Below are positions 50,885 to 64,000 of a DNA stretch of 64,000 nt, in pieces. This DNA comes from Octopus vulgaris (lineage: Eukaryota), in the NCBI GenBank assembly GCA_951406725.2, contig OX597815.1, positions 171,616,001 to 171,680,000 of the forward strand. Direction: 5' to 3'. Within the stretch, counting starts at the first letter, position 1. Every line of letters starts with the position of its first letter. The notes beneath the pieces are model-generated. The model was not told the DNA's origin. It saw only the letters and a program-made list of their open reading frames with translations, and did not search any database. A program made the position numbers and the translations under genes.

Positions 50885-51070
50885 TTACTAATTGGCACAA
50901 GGCCCAATATATTGAGGAGAGGGGCTAGTTGAATGCATCGACCCCAATGTTCAGCTGGTACTTATTTTATCGAAATGCAAAGCCGACCTCGGTGGAATAA
51001 GAAACCAGAACGAAAAGACGAACGAAATGCCTCTAAGCATCGTGTTAACGATCCTGCCAGCGCGCTTCCA
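50885..51070 (-). mobile_element. degenerate SINE family B
   Basis: atcgaccccaatgttcagctggtacttattttatcg...gacctcggtggaat. Confidence 0.7.
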
Positions 51071-51096
51071 TGATAACAATAATAATCCTTTCTACT

Positions 51097-51512
51097 AAGG
51101 CGGCGAGCTGGGAGAAACGTTAGCACGCCGGGCGGAATGCTTAGCGGTATTTCGTCCGCCGTTACGTTCTGAGTTCAAAATTCCGCCGAGGTCGACTTTG
51201 CCTTTCATCCTTTCGGGGTCGATTAAATAAGTACCAGTTACGCACTGGGGTCGATATAACCGACTTAATCCGTTTGTCTGTCCTTGTTTGTCCTCTCTGT
51301 GTTTAGCCCCTTGTGGGTAGTAAAGAAATAGGTATTTCATCTACCACTATGTTCTGAGTTCAAATTCCGCCGAGGTCGACTTTGCATTCATTCTTTCGGG
51401 GTCGATTAAATAAGTACCAGTTACGCACTGGGGTCGATATAATCGACTTAATCCGTTTGCCTGTCCTTGTATGTCCTCTCCATGTTTAGCCCCTTGTGGG
51501 CAATAAAGAAAT
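51097..51512 (+). mobile_element. dimeric SINE family B
   Basis: aaggcggcgagctgg head; junction gtaaagaaataggtatttc. Confidence 0.88.
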
Positions 51513-51599
51513 ATGAAGAGAAAGCCATGCAGTTTTGTGTTTCTACATTTTTCTGAGTATTATACTGAAAATGATTGAGATATTACACAATGAGTATAA

Positions 51600-52405
51600 A
51601 ATAAAACTGTTACTGATCGGCGAAAATTCCCACATCCTCTGCCCATTGACTGTAGATAGGCTTCAGGTGTTGTTTTCACCAACCATTTGTCGTTTCGAGG
51701 TTCATGGTTATCTTCCATCACCCTTTCAGTTAGCACAGTATTGACTTTTTCAGCAGAACTATTAGGTTCTCCTTATCTCTTTGGAGAACCGTGATATTTA
51801 GGCGCTGACAGAAGTCCAGCACTGCCCTTGTTTTTAATCAGAACCCCACCGCTCTTTATTTCTCTTTCTACTCCCCTCGTCAGTTTTCTATTTTCTTCCT
51901 TTTCACCTTCGCAAAAAGGTGGGTTGGAATATTTGATCAAGGTCTCTGGTTATATGTCCTTTCGAGGACATATGGAAAGCTTTGTAAAATAGAATTACAT
52001 CACTTTCCTCCTTTCCTTTTCTTTCTGAGTAAAAACTTCAGGCAAGGAACCACTCACCTTTGCAATATACCAATATACCTCGTCCACATATTTTCAGTTT
52101 TTTCCCTGACACTGGCTCATATCCAGTACCTCCATATGACACGCGAAAGAAATCAAAGCATAAGTTGTTGGTTGTGGTGCTGTATTATCCTTATTGTTTT
52201 ATACTGTTTTTGCTATTTAAATTAACATTTTCAACTCAGTGTTGTTATATGCATAACTGTAATTGTTTGTGCTTGAAACTCTGCCGTATTTGTTTTTAAA
52301 GTTTATTTTTGAATAAGAATAATTGATCGAGACGTATAAATTTTCACCACTAATACTGCTACTATTATTACTAGTGCCACTTCCCACGACCACAGATATG
52401 GCCAT
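51600..52405 (-). mobile_element. possible degenerate LINE ORF1 remnant
   Basis: N/S/T-rich start and a decayed zinc-knuckle-like SKGHITRD; multiple stops. Confidence 0.35.
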
Positions 52406-52419
52406 TTTGAAACATGACT

Positions 52420-52805
52420 GGGAAGCACTCCGTCGGTTACGACGATGAGGGTTCCGGTTGATCCGAATCAACGGAACAGCCTGCTCGTGAAATTAACGTG
52501 TAAGTGGCTGAGCACTCCACAGACACGTGCACCCTTAACGTAGTTCTCGTGGATATTCAGCGTGACACAGAGAGTGACAAGACCGGCCCCTTGAAATACA
52601 GGTACAACAGAAACAGGAAGTAAGAGTGAGAGAAAGTTGTGATGAAAGAGTACAGCAGGGATCACCACCATCCCCTGTCGGAGCCTCGTGGAGCTTTTAG
52701 GTGTTTTCGCTCAATAAACACTCACAACGCCCGGTCTGGGAATCGAAACCGCGATCCTATGACCGCGAGTCCGCTGCCCTAACCACTGGGCCATTGCGCC
52801 TCCAC
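52420..52805 (-). mobile_element. full-length tRNA-derived SINE family D with 12-bp TSD
   Basis: Head gtggaggcgcaatggcccagtggttaggg, B-box-like gtttcgattcc; TSD tgaaacatgact at 52408-52419 and 52806-52817. Confidence 0.9.
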
Positions 52806-53302
52806 TGAAACATGACTAACATGACTAGGATAGAGATTTCTTCTACTCAACCAAATGTATGAAAGATCCTTAAATGATACGAAATGCGTTTGTTAGTAAA
52901 ACAGAAATAAAAATCTTTTTTTTTCAATAAGTCATCCTGGGTAACATTCTTTCTAAGAGGGTGTTCAGTTAAACGCATACGTTCACATAAATTCAAATAC
53001 AATATAGTTATAATTATGATCACTGTTTCTTTATTAACCTCAAGGTTCAAAACATGTTATACAGAAGGGCTACAAAATATTCGGATATGTACATGTACAA
53101 TAAACAGGGTAGGACCAAACAGAGGCAGCGCCATACGAAGAATTTTTTAACCGCTATGGAGTGGGGATCAGTGCACCTCACACACTGATCACCTTCCATT
53201 TAGGGCAATAGTTGCTCCGTCATGACTGTAACTTAGGTCTTCCAAATTCAGGTGTTAACATTCATGTTCGGCTTTGGCTAAGGATAGCCAAGTCTCCTAC
53301 AT

Positions 53303-53370
53303 CGTCTGAAACGTACTCCGTCTGGAGCGTACTTCGTCTGAAACGTACTCCGTCTGGAGCGTACTCCGTC
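53303..53370. repeat. 16-bp tandem repeat (about 4 units)
   Basis: cgtctgRaRcgtactY units. Confidence 0.85.
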
Positions 53371-54029
53371 AATTCCTGGCATGGTTTTTCACGACAGCTT
53401 ATCATTTTAGGTCATAGTAGTAACCTAACTCGTGCTCAACTGACATAGACATTTTTTTTTTCACTATATTTCGCAGCTGTTCGTCTGGCTCTTGTTATTC
53501 CTTGAAAAACCAGGAACATCAGGCACTGCGATGGACAGCCATTTTTCCACAGAGAAATCCCAGCATTCTAATTGTCTTTGGTCTGGACTTGTTCATTTTC
53601 TTTTTTTTTTTCTCCCTTTCCTTTTCTCCTCCTTTTTTTTCTTTTTCTGATCTCTTTTCTTTCTCAGAGTTTCATTTCTACCTCATCGTCTTAACAAGAT
53701 AGGTTAAAATAACTGCTTGGAATCACTGGACGACTCTGGCTGACAGCTAAGAGACCGTTCGATACTTCAGTATCCCACTTTCACCGTTCCTGTTGTTCAT
53801 GTTCCTGAGTGGCTACACTAAGCTGTTGCGTCGCATTAATTTTCTACGCTGGCCATCTTCGAAGCTGTAACAGCTAGAGCGACACCGATGACAGAATCAA
53901 CACCGTCATAATTGGAGGTGGGCGTAAGACACCATAAGTGGGATAGCATGAGTTTGAAAAATTATGCTATGCATGGTAACAAAAGACACTTATCTTCAGT
54001 TAGAAATATCTGTAGTTGCAGGTAACAGT

Positions 54030-54900
54030 CTTCATTGTGGACATGAGTCAGAGCTAAACAAGAGCCAGATGCCAGTATGGTGAATAATAACAGAACTTTG
54101 TGATTTTTCCATAGAGATTGATCGCGTTATGGAAGAAAGGAGACCTGTTATGATCATGCAAGACAGAAAGAACAAGCATTGTAACATTATTGATATTGAA
54201 AATATTGAAACAGTGAAAGGTTCCGAGAGTAGCAAGAACAAAAGGATGACTAACTGGAAAGAGAAAGAATTACATGGTTAATTCATTCAACCAGCGAGGA
54301 AGTAACAAAAAAGAAATTCTGGCTGTTCTTGATATGAAAATCTGAAAAGAAACACAACAGCTTAGTATAACCATTCAAGAACAAGCCATTAGAACGAATC
54401 TGATGCAGAAAAAATTGGTAAAATTCAGTCACACAACAAATACAGAATGTGTAGAAAAGGGAACGAAAGTCTGATAGACATGAGCAGTAAGCTTGCACAA
54501 AAAAGAGTATAAATGCAAGCATTAATGTGTCGATTAAATAGTACACTGAGTTGTTAGCTAAGTCTGTGGCTAAGAAATGACAAAAAAAGTAGTTGAAAAC
54601 AAGCTAGAGGTTATCACACTAAATAATTGGAGGAATTTGTAGTATTTTGCCATAAAGATACTCTTGAAATAAGAACATCAGATATGATCGCGGAAGGTAA
54701 GAAGAATGAACGCTACAATCACTGAAATATGGGGAGACCTGTTGTCACCAGACTTCAAGATAACATCTCTACGGAGTTAAATGAGCAGACATGATCGTGG
54801 AAGGCAAGAAAAACAAGCACTGCAATCACTGAAATTTGAGGAGACCTGTTGTCACTAGACTTCAAGATAACATCTTTACTGAGTTAAATGATAATTGATT
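54030..54900 (+). mobile_element. degenerate R4/Dong-clade LINE followed by (TAA)n
   Basis: NWKEKELHG*F and IQEQAIRTN motifs; internal ~110-bp duplication 54683/54792; (TAA)n at 54915-55104. Confidence 0.7.
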
Positions 54901-54913
54901 AGTTTACCTATAA

Positions 54914-54990
<77 letters not shown>

Positions 54991-55031
54991 GGATGATAAT
55001 AATAATAATAATAAGGATAATAATAATAACG

Positions 55032-55105
<74 letters not shown>

Positions 55106-55269
55106 TTTATCTAACAGAAGGCAGTAAATTGATAGGAGGATATTACAAGGCCAAACGTCAAAACACTGGGGTTTGCGCAGAATCGATTATGAGAAAAGAA
55201 AGAGGCAAAGAAAGCAATAAGGTACGAAAGGAATGAAGATGTAACAGCCACCTAGGGTCAATCAAAGTG

Positions 55270-55830
55270 GTCCACCGATTCAGGCTTCATGCTGTATTTT
55301 CCCAGGTGCATGCACGTATCAGGAGTTTGCTCATTCACCTGGTCTGTTATCGGCAGTTTCATCCTCCTTCCAACAAATTCATCAAAGAAAAAACACCTTC
55401 GTTTCTACTCTCACCCTTCACCTACATCTCTATGGAACTCGAGAAAAAAAGACCACACGAGGGTTTGGCTGATAAAGAAAGTATGTCTACACACACACAC
55501 ACACACATACACACACACACATATATATATATCTTGGCTTAACAGCCCTCACCATTTGTTTTTACTGTCTTGTTCTCACTATCCTGTTCCTGTTACCACT
55601 TTCACCCTCCGCAAAATATCCCAAATTTTATTTAATTTTCTTTGCGGGAAGGACTGTTTCAACTAAGTCGCGTATTATCCTTGCCTTCAAAACGCGGAGT
55701 AGATGAAACAGGGACAACTGATGAAGGGGAATATTCTTTATGTTGCATGTCTCGTTTCTCTGGTATTTTCGTTGTTCGAAAAAAGTCCGTTTTCTATGTT
55801 TTTGTTTTTATGTCCTGTACCTATATATAC
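55270..55830 (+). mobile_element. possible PLE 3' remnant
   Basis: FTWSVIG...KKHLRFYSHPSPTSLWNSR..HTRVWL loosely resembles the PLE GIY-YIG C-terminus; a structured CUGAUGA hairpin lies downstream. Confidence 0.4.
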
Positions 55831-55935
55831 ATGTATATATGTAGGTATGTGCATATATGTATGTATATATGCCTATATCTATATATTATTTATATCATTA
55901 TATGATCGAACGCCACGTATCCTTTTCCAAGTAAG

Positions 55936-55987
<52 letters not shown>

Positions 55988-56377
55988 TAAAATAATAAGG
56001 GTAAAAAATTGAATATTATATATCCGTTGTTGATCCATGTGAAGTAATTCACGAACAGTGCAGTGTTGGAACCTGGGCGAGTTGCTTGCTCAGTTGTGTA
56101 CGAAGAAAGATGATATTGACGATGTTGAGGACAAGACAGTGGCGACGAAGAAAGAGGTTGCTGTAATGCTGTTGGACGAAGTTGGTAAGTCTCAACGTGG
56201 CTGCTATGGTATCGTCGCTGGAACTAATTGTGTTTTTGTGGTCAGTGGCTAGACATTAAAAGGGCTGGAACCGAAAAACCTCGAAAGGAGGAGAAGGTGA
56301 GTTTTAATAAGGAACAGTGGGCTCAAACGGGGTCGTGAACAGGTTGTCCCACGTGATTTTAGCTATATGCGGCGGTG

Positions 56378-56709
56378 CCGGTGTAGTATGTGATCTACAT
56401 ACATGTTTCTGGTATAGCTTGCGATCTACATTAGTTCAAATGGTATAGTTTGTGATCTACACAGATTAAGATCAAATGAACAAAATTTCTTTATTGCATT
56501 TTTAAAACGATATACAAATAGTCATAGTATTCATGTTTCTAGTATGAAATAAAAATCAATAGAAATTTTTCTTTTATTTTTTAAATGTTCAACTCATTCC
56601 TCTAATTATAATTGCAAATTTATAACAAAATTTTGAATGTAGATCACAAGCTACTTTAGATTTAAGTTGCTGTAGATCACAACGACATGTAGATCACATA
56701 CTACACCGG
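56378..56709. mobile_element. TIR element (CCGGTG...CACCGG) with subterminal gtgatctaca repeats
   Basis: ccggtgtagtatgtgatctacat / atgtagatcacatactacaccgg; three motif copies at each end; no TSD seen. Confidence 0.82.
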
Positions 56710-56896
56710 TACTTACGCGGCAGTTGGTGCAATCGAGTAAGGGACAATACCAACCAATCAGAGTAGTGGACACAATGGGATCCAAATAGCGGCCTAATGT
56801 TTGCTGTTACCTGCTACGTTCGAATACACATATATATAATAATGGGTAGGGAGGAATTTCACTCGAGTGTACGCTACAAAATCATCTGTATAAATT

Positions 56897-57085
56897 CTTT
56901 CTACTATAGGCACAAGTCCTGGAATTTTGGAAGAAGGGACTAGTCGATTACATCGACCTCAGCTGGTACTTATTTTATCGACCCAAAACGGATGAAAAGT
57001 AAAATAGACCTCGGCGGAATTTGGACTCAGAACGTAAAACCGGAAGAAATGCTACAAAGCATTGTGTCTGGCGTGTTAACGATAA
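56897..57085 (-). mobile_element. SINE family B copy
   Basis: gtcgattacatcgacctcagctggtac...gacctcggcggaatttggactcagaacg. Confidence 0.75.
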
Positions 57086-57254
57086 GCAATAATAATCTAT
57101 GTAAGTTATGTTAAAGAATTTTCAAAGACATTGATAATGTAAAGTAAAATAGAGTAAAGCGAGAGTCGAACCCTGCAACCGCCTTCTGTTCGCATTACTA
57201 TTTGACTATTTATAACAATGTCATGCTAATCAATATCAACGTTTCTGGCACAAT

Positions 57255-57571
57255 GTTGTTGTTTTTTGTTTGTTCCTTCTCAAGCCATGCCTGGCTCATA
57301 AGGGCCGGTTTCCCGGTTTCATTGGCGTATAGGTTCCCTACCTAGACGGGACACCAGTCCGTCGCGGGTGAGCTGCTAGATGCAGGAGGAAAGAGTTAAA
57401 GATAGTTGTGGAGAAAGGGTCAGCAGAAGTTCGCCATTACCTTCTGCCAGAGCCGCGTGGAGCTTAGGTATTTCGCTCATAAACACACACACATCGCCCG
57501 GTCTGAGATTCAAACCTGCGATCCCTTGATCGCGAGTCCACTGCTCTAACCACTAGGCCATGTGACTCCAC
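57255..57571 (-). mobile_element. SINE family D variant with 13-bp TSD
   Basis: tRNA-like head; TSD tttctggcacaat at 57242-57254 and 57572-57584. Confidence 0.88.
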
Positions 57572-58900
57572 TTTCTGGCACAATATATTCTAGTGTGCTA
57601 ATTTATAGATGTGATGCACATATGAACCAATCTATAGAAAATGTTTGAATTATCGATTAAGTAGGTAGCTTCGTTGTTATATTTCAGTTTGATTTCGGAA
57701 ATTTGTTATGCAAGAGTTAAGAGAGGTGAGAATTTAGAGAATAAATGGGGATGAACTTATTTCCTTTGCGCTATATCCATTAAGCCACACTTGGCATCTG
57801 TTAGTTTCTTACAAAATGTCAACTAGTAAAATGCCCTTTGCATTCCTTTAAGTATTTCCTTATCACTGTTGAAGTTTATCTACAGACAGCTTACTGCCTT
57901 GTTAGCAATTTCGGTCTGGGCAATATCTCAAAACACATCACTAAATAACCTTTCTATTACACCGTAACCCTACATAAGTTCATCATGGAGATAGTAAGCC
58001 TTCTAATCAAGAAACAGCTTTCCCTCTCTCTACTTCAGAGAAAGTTTGAAACTTCAGTCATTTGATGTATTGCATTATATATATATATTTCGACTGATAC
58101 CTACACATTCATACAAATCCAGACACCTTTACACGAAATGGCCCACGTCCATGAATGTGTCACTTCAGATGTTTCTCTAATGTATGTGAACGTATATAGA
58201 AGCATAAATGCACTGATAATGGGAACATAACGGATGCACACACACACGAACACACGCACGTACATACACATACATGATGCATACGAGTATAAGCACTCAC
58301 GCACATATTTTCAAAAAGAACTCGCAAGAGATGTCACTGCATAAAAGCAGCAGTAAAATTAGTGCTAACACGTATTATGCAAAGAGTATCAAAAGCGAAT
58401 TAAAGATAATTTTGAGGTGAAGAAAAGACAATATTAGCTCAAAGACGAATAATATTTTAATTGTTTTGGAAAGAACGGGAAGCAAATAAAACTTCAATGA
58501 AACATACACTTTACTGCATTTGCTTTAGTAATAAAGTAGATTGTCGTTAAAAAAATTAGCTTATCTAAAATAATGAATCACAGAGAGATTCTACTAGGAG
58601 GCGACCTCTGCGCGTTAAAGCAATAGCTAAAATAGTGTTAACATATTTACTCTTGTGAGCATTAGAAAGTTAATTCGAAAATGTACAACATACATGTGGA
58701 ACTGAGCAAAGACATGAAGTTCCTGCGCACAGTAAGTTATTTTATTTATACACACTTATGAAAACTTATGAAATTTCTTTGCATATAGTCAATAGAAACA
58801 AGGAATGGCCTTTTCCCTATATCATGTGATCTAGAGCAGGTACTCTTTAATAGGTTGTTATATAAGTGTGTGTATGTATACATATATGCATGTATGCATG

Positions 58901-58936
<36 letters not shown>

Positions 58937-61319
58937 TGGGTGTGTGTATGTGTGTGTGTGTGTGTAATATTAATCACTCTTAAGAGAACAGAATGGTAAG
59001 GATGAATGGAGGCGGCTTTCCGATTATTGGTGCAGTAACTGATTAGAGAAATGTTTGATTCAGTGCCCCGGACTGGTTATCTTTTCAAAAAATGGAAGAG
59101 CTCATCGCTTTAAATGTAGTTTTGAACAAGCTACGTCTCAGAAAAAATGGTGCTGACAATGGCTAGACTATCGATCAGAGCTGACTTGGAGTTGAGCAAC
59201 AATAGCAACACGTAAGGTACTGGAGATACAAAAAATGGGTATCATGCGTTAAATGGAAAAACTACTGATTAAACTGCTGCAAAATCATTAAATTTGTTCT
59301 CTGTATTTAACCTTGGAATGATCAAGGCATCCTGATGCATAACGGTTACAGGATCTGTCTTTCATCATAGACAGAAACCATATGATTTCAGTTTAACATT
59401 GAAAGCTAATGAAATTCTAGACAGTTATATAGATCCTCTTGCAGAATTTCTAGGCTATGATTTATTTATAGCTAAACCATCAAAAAATTTTGTGTTTTGC
59501 AAGAACATTGTACCCCCGACCACAGGATACGAACTCCTGCCTCTGGACAGAGTGCCAACATAATTATTGACATAATTAGACAGTCTGACTAGATTTTTAT
59601 AGATTCTGTCAATACGTCTTCATATATTTTATTTTCTGTATAAAATAGTAGCCAGTATTGACATTGGCTTCAGTTAATGTTGGTTGTGTAATATATTAGT
59701 TGCATTCCAAATTATAATTTGCTAATTGAGAAACAAGCGATACTGGTAAGGCTGTTCTTTATCCAATTAACCTTGTTCGTAATTATGTCTGGAAATTGTC
59801 AGGAAACTTCACTTTATCTGCTGAAGCACGTCTGTCAAGCCAAGGAAACAAAATTATCGTCGGATTTATTACAGCGAACTGTCTACACCATTTCATGACA
59901 CATCTGCATCCCTACAAGATTTGCGTTAGAGCTGGGGTTAAGTTATTAGAAAAGTTTCAATACTGTAGCCCAAAATATAGAAGTAGAATGGGAGTACCTA
60001 CCTAAAAGAAGAAAAACAGAAAAAAAATCTTCCACGTGTTACCAGGGAACAGCAGTAAAAGGAATGAAAGCTAAAAAGAAAGCAAATAAAAGAATCCAAA
60101 TAAATATAATGAAATGAAATGAAATAAAATAAAAAGTAAAGGAAAGCAAGAAACTGAAAGAAAGAAATAAGGAGAAAATGAAGAGAGAGGTTGGCTTGTA
60201 ATTATATGGTTTGTGTCTGCATTATCCACCAGCATTCATGACATCTGTACTGTTAAACGTCTGGACGTTTGACTGGACTTTGTGGACAGTTTTCATGCAA
60301 TTGGATTCTCGCAGCGAAGAAAATCACCTGCATAATACAGTTGATAATCATACGGTGTATTAATATCAAAGCAAATACTTATTGAGTTAGTCTGATTGAA
60401 GATATAATCAACTGATATGCTAGTCAATGCAAACAGTTAGAAAAGGTCGGTGAGTGAGAGGGGAGGAAAGAGAAATCTAAAATCGGTGCATGCTGCAATC
60501 ATCTTACTAATGCAACAATGGGTCTATAAACGTCCGAGCATTTTTGTTGTTTTTTCGCGGAGATCATAACATCATTAGTGGGGTCAGACGTAGCTAGTTA
60601 GTTATTGGATGCCTTAGTTCAATCTTAGCTGGGAGGACAGAAATAGATTCACACTGCTTTTGTTTTTATGGCTTAGTCAGAGCAGGAAGAGCAACGTATG
60701 TGGCCCTTTAGCAGGGTTTTAGAGACTGGGGAGAGAAACGAAGGAAAAGGTTATGACTCATGCGTTGTCCTTAAACTATAGAACTAGTCCCAATACTTGC
60801 AATAGACTAGACACTGCTAAAGACATCCAAGGGTTAGGTTACTTTGGACTACGAGTTAAGTCAGCTACCCATGGAAAACTACAGTTCACACAGTAAGCTT
60901 CCATCACTAGCGTAGTTAGGGTGAAATACGAGGAGGTGGTCTGCCCCAAGCGACGTTTTTAAGGGAGTGCCACTTTTGGCTCTCCTATATAAGACTGTAT
61001 AGCCCCGGCGGCCTGTGAGTGGGGAAAGACTCAAGTGTGTACCGAGCGGCACACACTCTAGCTACGACACTGACTTTCACACGTTTTTGGTCTACTCAAA
61101 TTCATTTTCAGGGTTTGATCGATCCAAGATTATAATAATAGGCAATTGTCAAAAGTGCTAGACAATGAGATTGAATGCTGAACAACGTAATTGGTAAGCT
61201 CGTTATTTAACCACCCAGCTATGCTTATTCCTTGATTGATGAAGAAGATGAATATAGCCAAACCAGTTTAGTAAAGTGACTGACAACCTTTTTTAACGCA
61301 GAAATTTTCTTCATCAATC

Positions 61320-61660
61320 TATCTTCTTCGCCCACTATTCCTGGGGTGGGGTCCTGTGGGTAGAGTCTTCAAGCATCTCCTCCATAGGGTCATATAAAAA
61401 ATAACCGTCATTAGACTTTCCAGCTGGATTCCCAAACATGACCAATTGAGACTATGGATATTAATCCTACCATCTCTTTCTCCCTATTCCCTAGGTCTCC
61501 TGCCAGTTGGCTTGGCTTGAAAAATCCGTCCTGCGAATCTTTGCTGCGGCATTCTAATAACGGTAGCTGTGACCTCTCAGTGAGGAGAAGTAGTGGCTTG
61601 ACTTGGAGAGAATCCTTGATATCTGAACTACGCACCCTGTCAAGTATCGTTACTCCAAGA
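61320..61660 (-). mobile_element. RTE LINE 3' remnant
   Basis: RSSDIKDSLQVKPLLLLTERSQL; 3' end ctacccacaggaccccacccc..gaagaagatagat. Confidence 0.7.
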
Positions 61661-62404
61661 GATCAGTTATTAATTATTGGAAATGTTTCAAACAAAATAT
61701 CGTGACATTTTAACTGTTTACTATAACAACTGGGTCAACGAGAGAGTCTATATTTGCTCGACACGCTAGAATCATCACCAAAATTTCCCTTAAACCATAC
61801 CACAAATGTTTCAAAGTAAACATTGGTTGTTTAATCATATTGAAACAGCGTACCACTTGGGCCAATAGGGGTCTCTTAGCGGAAACCAGGAAAAAGGCAA
61901 CTTATAAGCATTCTTTATTCGTTGTCTCGCGCATCCTTATTTTCTAACATCTCCGTCAAATCCCACTCAACCATCTTTAAAGTGAAACAACAATCTACCT
62001 AATGCAGTCCTGCATTCGTTATACCTGAACAAAAAACGCGATGGTCACATTTGGAATGATCGGAATTCGAATCAGTGAAATATACTGATCAATATTAAGC
62101 GTGAGAAAATTTTGGAGGCGATGACTCCACACTAAGCAAACAAAGAGAACGTTGAAAAAGGGGTGGTATCTCAATACAAAACTGCTACGCATGTATACAA
62201 TATGAAGCCCACAAAACCCATTGGATTATACTTCGAAATACAACAAAATGGCTTTCTTCTTGATTTTTAATAGCGATATTGTTGTATAGGGTATGGCAGC
62301 TATAAAACTAGTTAATATACAAAAACCTAAGATCACCACATACAAATTGAACAGTACCAAGTTACCTTTATGCAGGTCAAAAGCGTCATCATTACATATG
62401 AAAT

Positions 62405-62560
62405 AAGGCGGCGAACTGGCAAAATCGTTTGCACACCGGATAAAATTCTTAGCGGCATTTCGTCCGTCTTTGCGTTCTAAGTTCAAGTTCCACCGAGATC
62501 AATTTTACCTTTTACTCTTTCGAGAACAATAAAATAAGTATCAGGGGTCGATGTAATTGG
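62405..62560 (+). mobile_element. SINE family B fragment
   Basis: aaggcggcgaactggcaaaatcgtt...aagttcaagttccaccgagatc. Confidence 0.7.
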
Positions 62561-62689
62561 GTCCTTTATCAAAGATATTCGAGACGAAAGGATTGAGAAA
62601 GTACTTCCATTGATTCGTGCAAGGTTCAAGTGGGGGTTTTTTTAATGGTAACTATGGTCAATTTTTCAGAGACGCTAGCTTACTGACAT

Positions 62690-62870
62690 TCAGTACTTCG
62701 TTAGAATTGCAGTTCAAATTAGTTTACGTTTTCTGCTCCTTCGGATCTTCTGAGTGTTCTTCAATGCCGTCAGAAGATTAAAGAGTTATTTGTACAACTC
62801 TATGGGACATGATTGTCTGAATCATTTGGTTCTAATATTTATTGAACGGTTTCACACAAATGAGTAATGA
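62690..62870 (+). mobile_element. hAT transposase dimerization-domain remnant
   Basis: SSEC/FNAVRRLKSYLYNSMGHDCLNHLVLIFIERFH matches the hAT SERSFS.LRRLK.YLR.TM...RL..L....IE motif. Confidence 0.85.
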
Positions 62871-64000
62871 TGTTGCCGATATTAACAACACGTTTATCTT
62901 TAGTTCTGTTCTACGAGTAAGCTTGTTTGAACTTCTCTGATGTAACAATGATATTTAAGTATTAAAACTGTTATCAAATATTGTCATTTTGCAACTAAAA
63001 ATGTTTGTAATATTTTTACTTTTGTACGAGCAGATTAGCATGTTAGCATATTAGTTTCAACTAAATTATATAATTAATTAGCTTGTACGATCTTTTCGTT
63101 TGGGAGGTTATTTGAAAAGTTTTCGAACCAAAAATCATTTTAGGTTCTACTTCAGCCCTTACACAAAAGATTTTACCAGCATGTCCACAAGAAGCGCTGT
63201 TATTTAGTGTTCTTTTTGCTTATTCTGTTCTTTCGTACATAGACTCACCTGTTCTGGGTCGTCCGTTGAATACGCAGATATAGGTCAAAGCCTTATATAT
63301 TCGTCTTTTTATCACCTCTCTGTAAGCCACACTCATAACAGATTTAAGTGACTTTGAGATAAGAAAAATTACTAGATTGTAAAAATATTTATTTAGTGAT
63401 GTAATGCGATAATCTTTATTTACTTTATTTTAATGGTGATATAACACTGTTTCTTACTGTGTTAGTCTGTTGCGTTAGCAGACCCTTTGTCATTTTTTAA
63501 AACAAAGGCCTGTTAATGTTTTGTTACAGATACAATTCATAAGTGATATGCAATTCATTAGAATGAGATGCGGTTACGTAAGATGTCGAATATTCTTCAC
63601 ATTTAAAGATTTTCAAAACGTCAGCTTCTCCAGAATTAGAATATTTATAAAGGCTTGTAGAATCAATGGATTTAACAAATTTAGAGGATGCTAGTCGATA
63701 AAAGGGTGATTGTACTGTGACAGACACCGAATGAGAAGTGACCATGTTGTATTACGGTCTGTTATAGGAAAATATTTTTCACATTAAAATACAACCTTCG
63801 GAGTGGAAGTTGGCAGTTTCAAAATAGTTGCGATTAAGCAAATTCAGGGTTCTCATCCTACAGATATTAGTAAGAACCAAATCAATAAACTCTTTCAGCT
63901 ACAGAAAAATTTGAAAGAACATCATTTGCCTGAAGTTATCAGACATTCAATCTATAGTTTTATAAAATACATCATAGGTAGAGTACGGAAGAAAATGCAT

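Noticed and set aside
52038-52180. Minus-strand exon with gtgagt donor and an open frame
   Set aside because: The acceptor lacks a polypyrimidine tract, and the context looks like a decayed LINE ORF1.
56040-56830. Possible gypsy integrase remnant around the TIR element
   Set aside because: Motif similarity is too weak to call by eye.
63524-63745. 73-aa minus-strand ORF
   Set aside because: No recognisable homology or clear splice signals.

Overview
AT-rich eukaryotic DNA made almost entirely of repeats. The SINE families and very long (TA)n, (TATG)n, (GATA)n and (TAA)n arrays suggest a coleoid cephalopod such as Octopus (inferred from repeat content). I found no intact host protein-coding gene; nearly all listed ORFs are microsatellite or SINE read-throughs. 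The window holds at least four SINE families, LINE remnants (RTE, CR1/Jockey-like, R4/Dong, Tx1/L1-like, Hero-like), Penelope-like (PLE) remnants, a Ty3/gypsy pol remnant, DNA transposon relics and MITEs (mariner, Tigger, hAT, piggyBac-like, Merlin-like), and Helitron pieces. The most striking signal is about nine type-I hammerhead ribozyme (HHR) motifs. Two sit in a 1.4-kb unit at 11325-12707, bounded by a target-site duplication (TSD), that joins a Pol III tRNA-like head to an HHR tail with an inverted tail copy in front: a candidate SINE mobilised by Penelope-like elements. Other notable signals are an HHR family with a variant core and covarying stem, LINE ends embedded in microsatellites, a probable templated-insertion patch, and a ~20-kb CpG-depleted domain. 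All calls come from reading the sequence by eye, so boundaries of degenerate elements are approximate.
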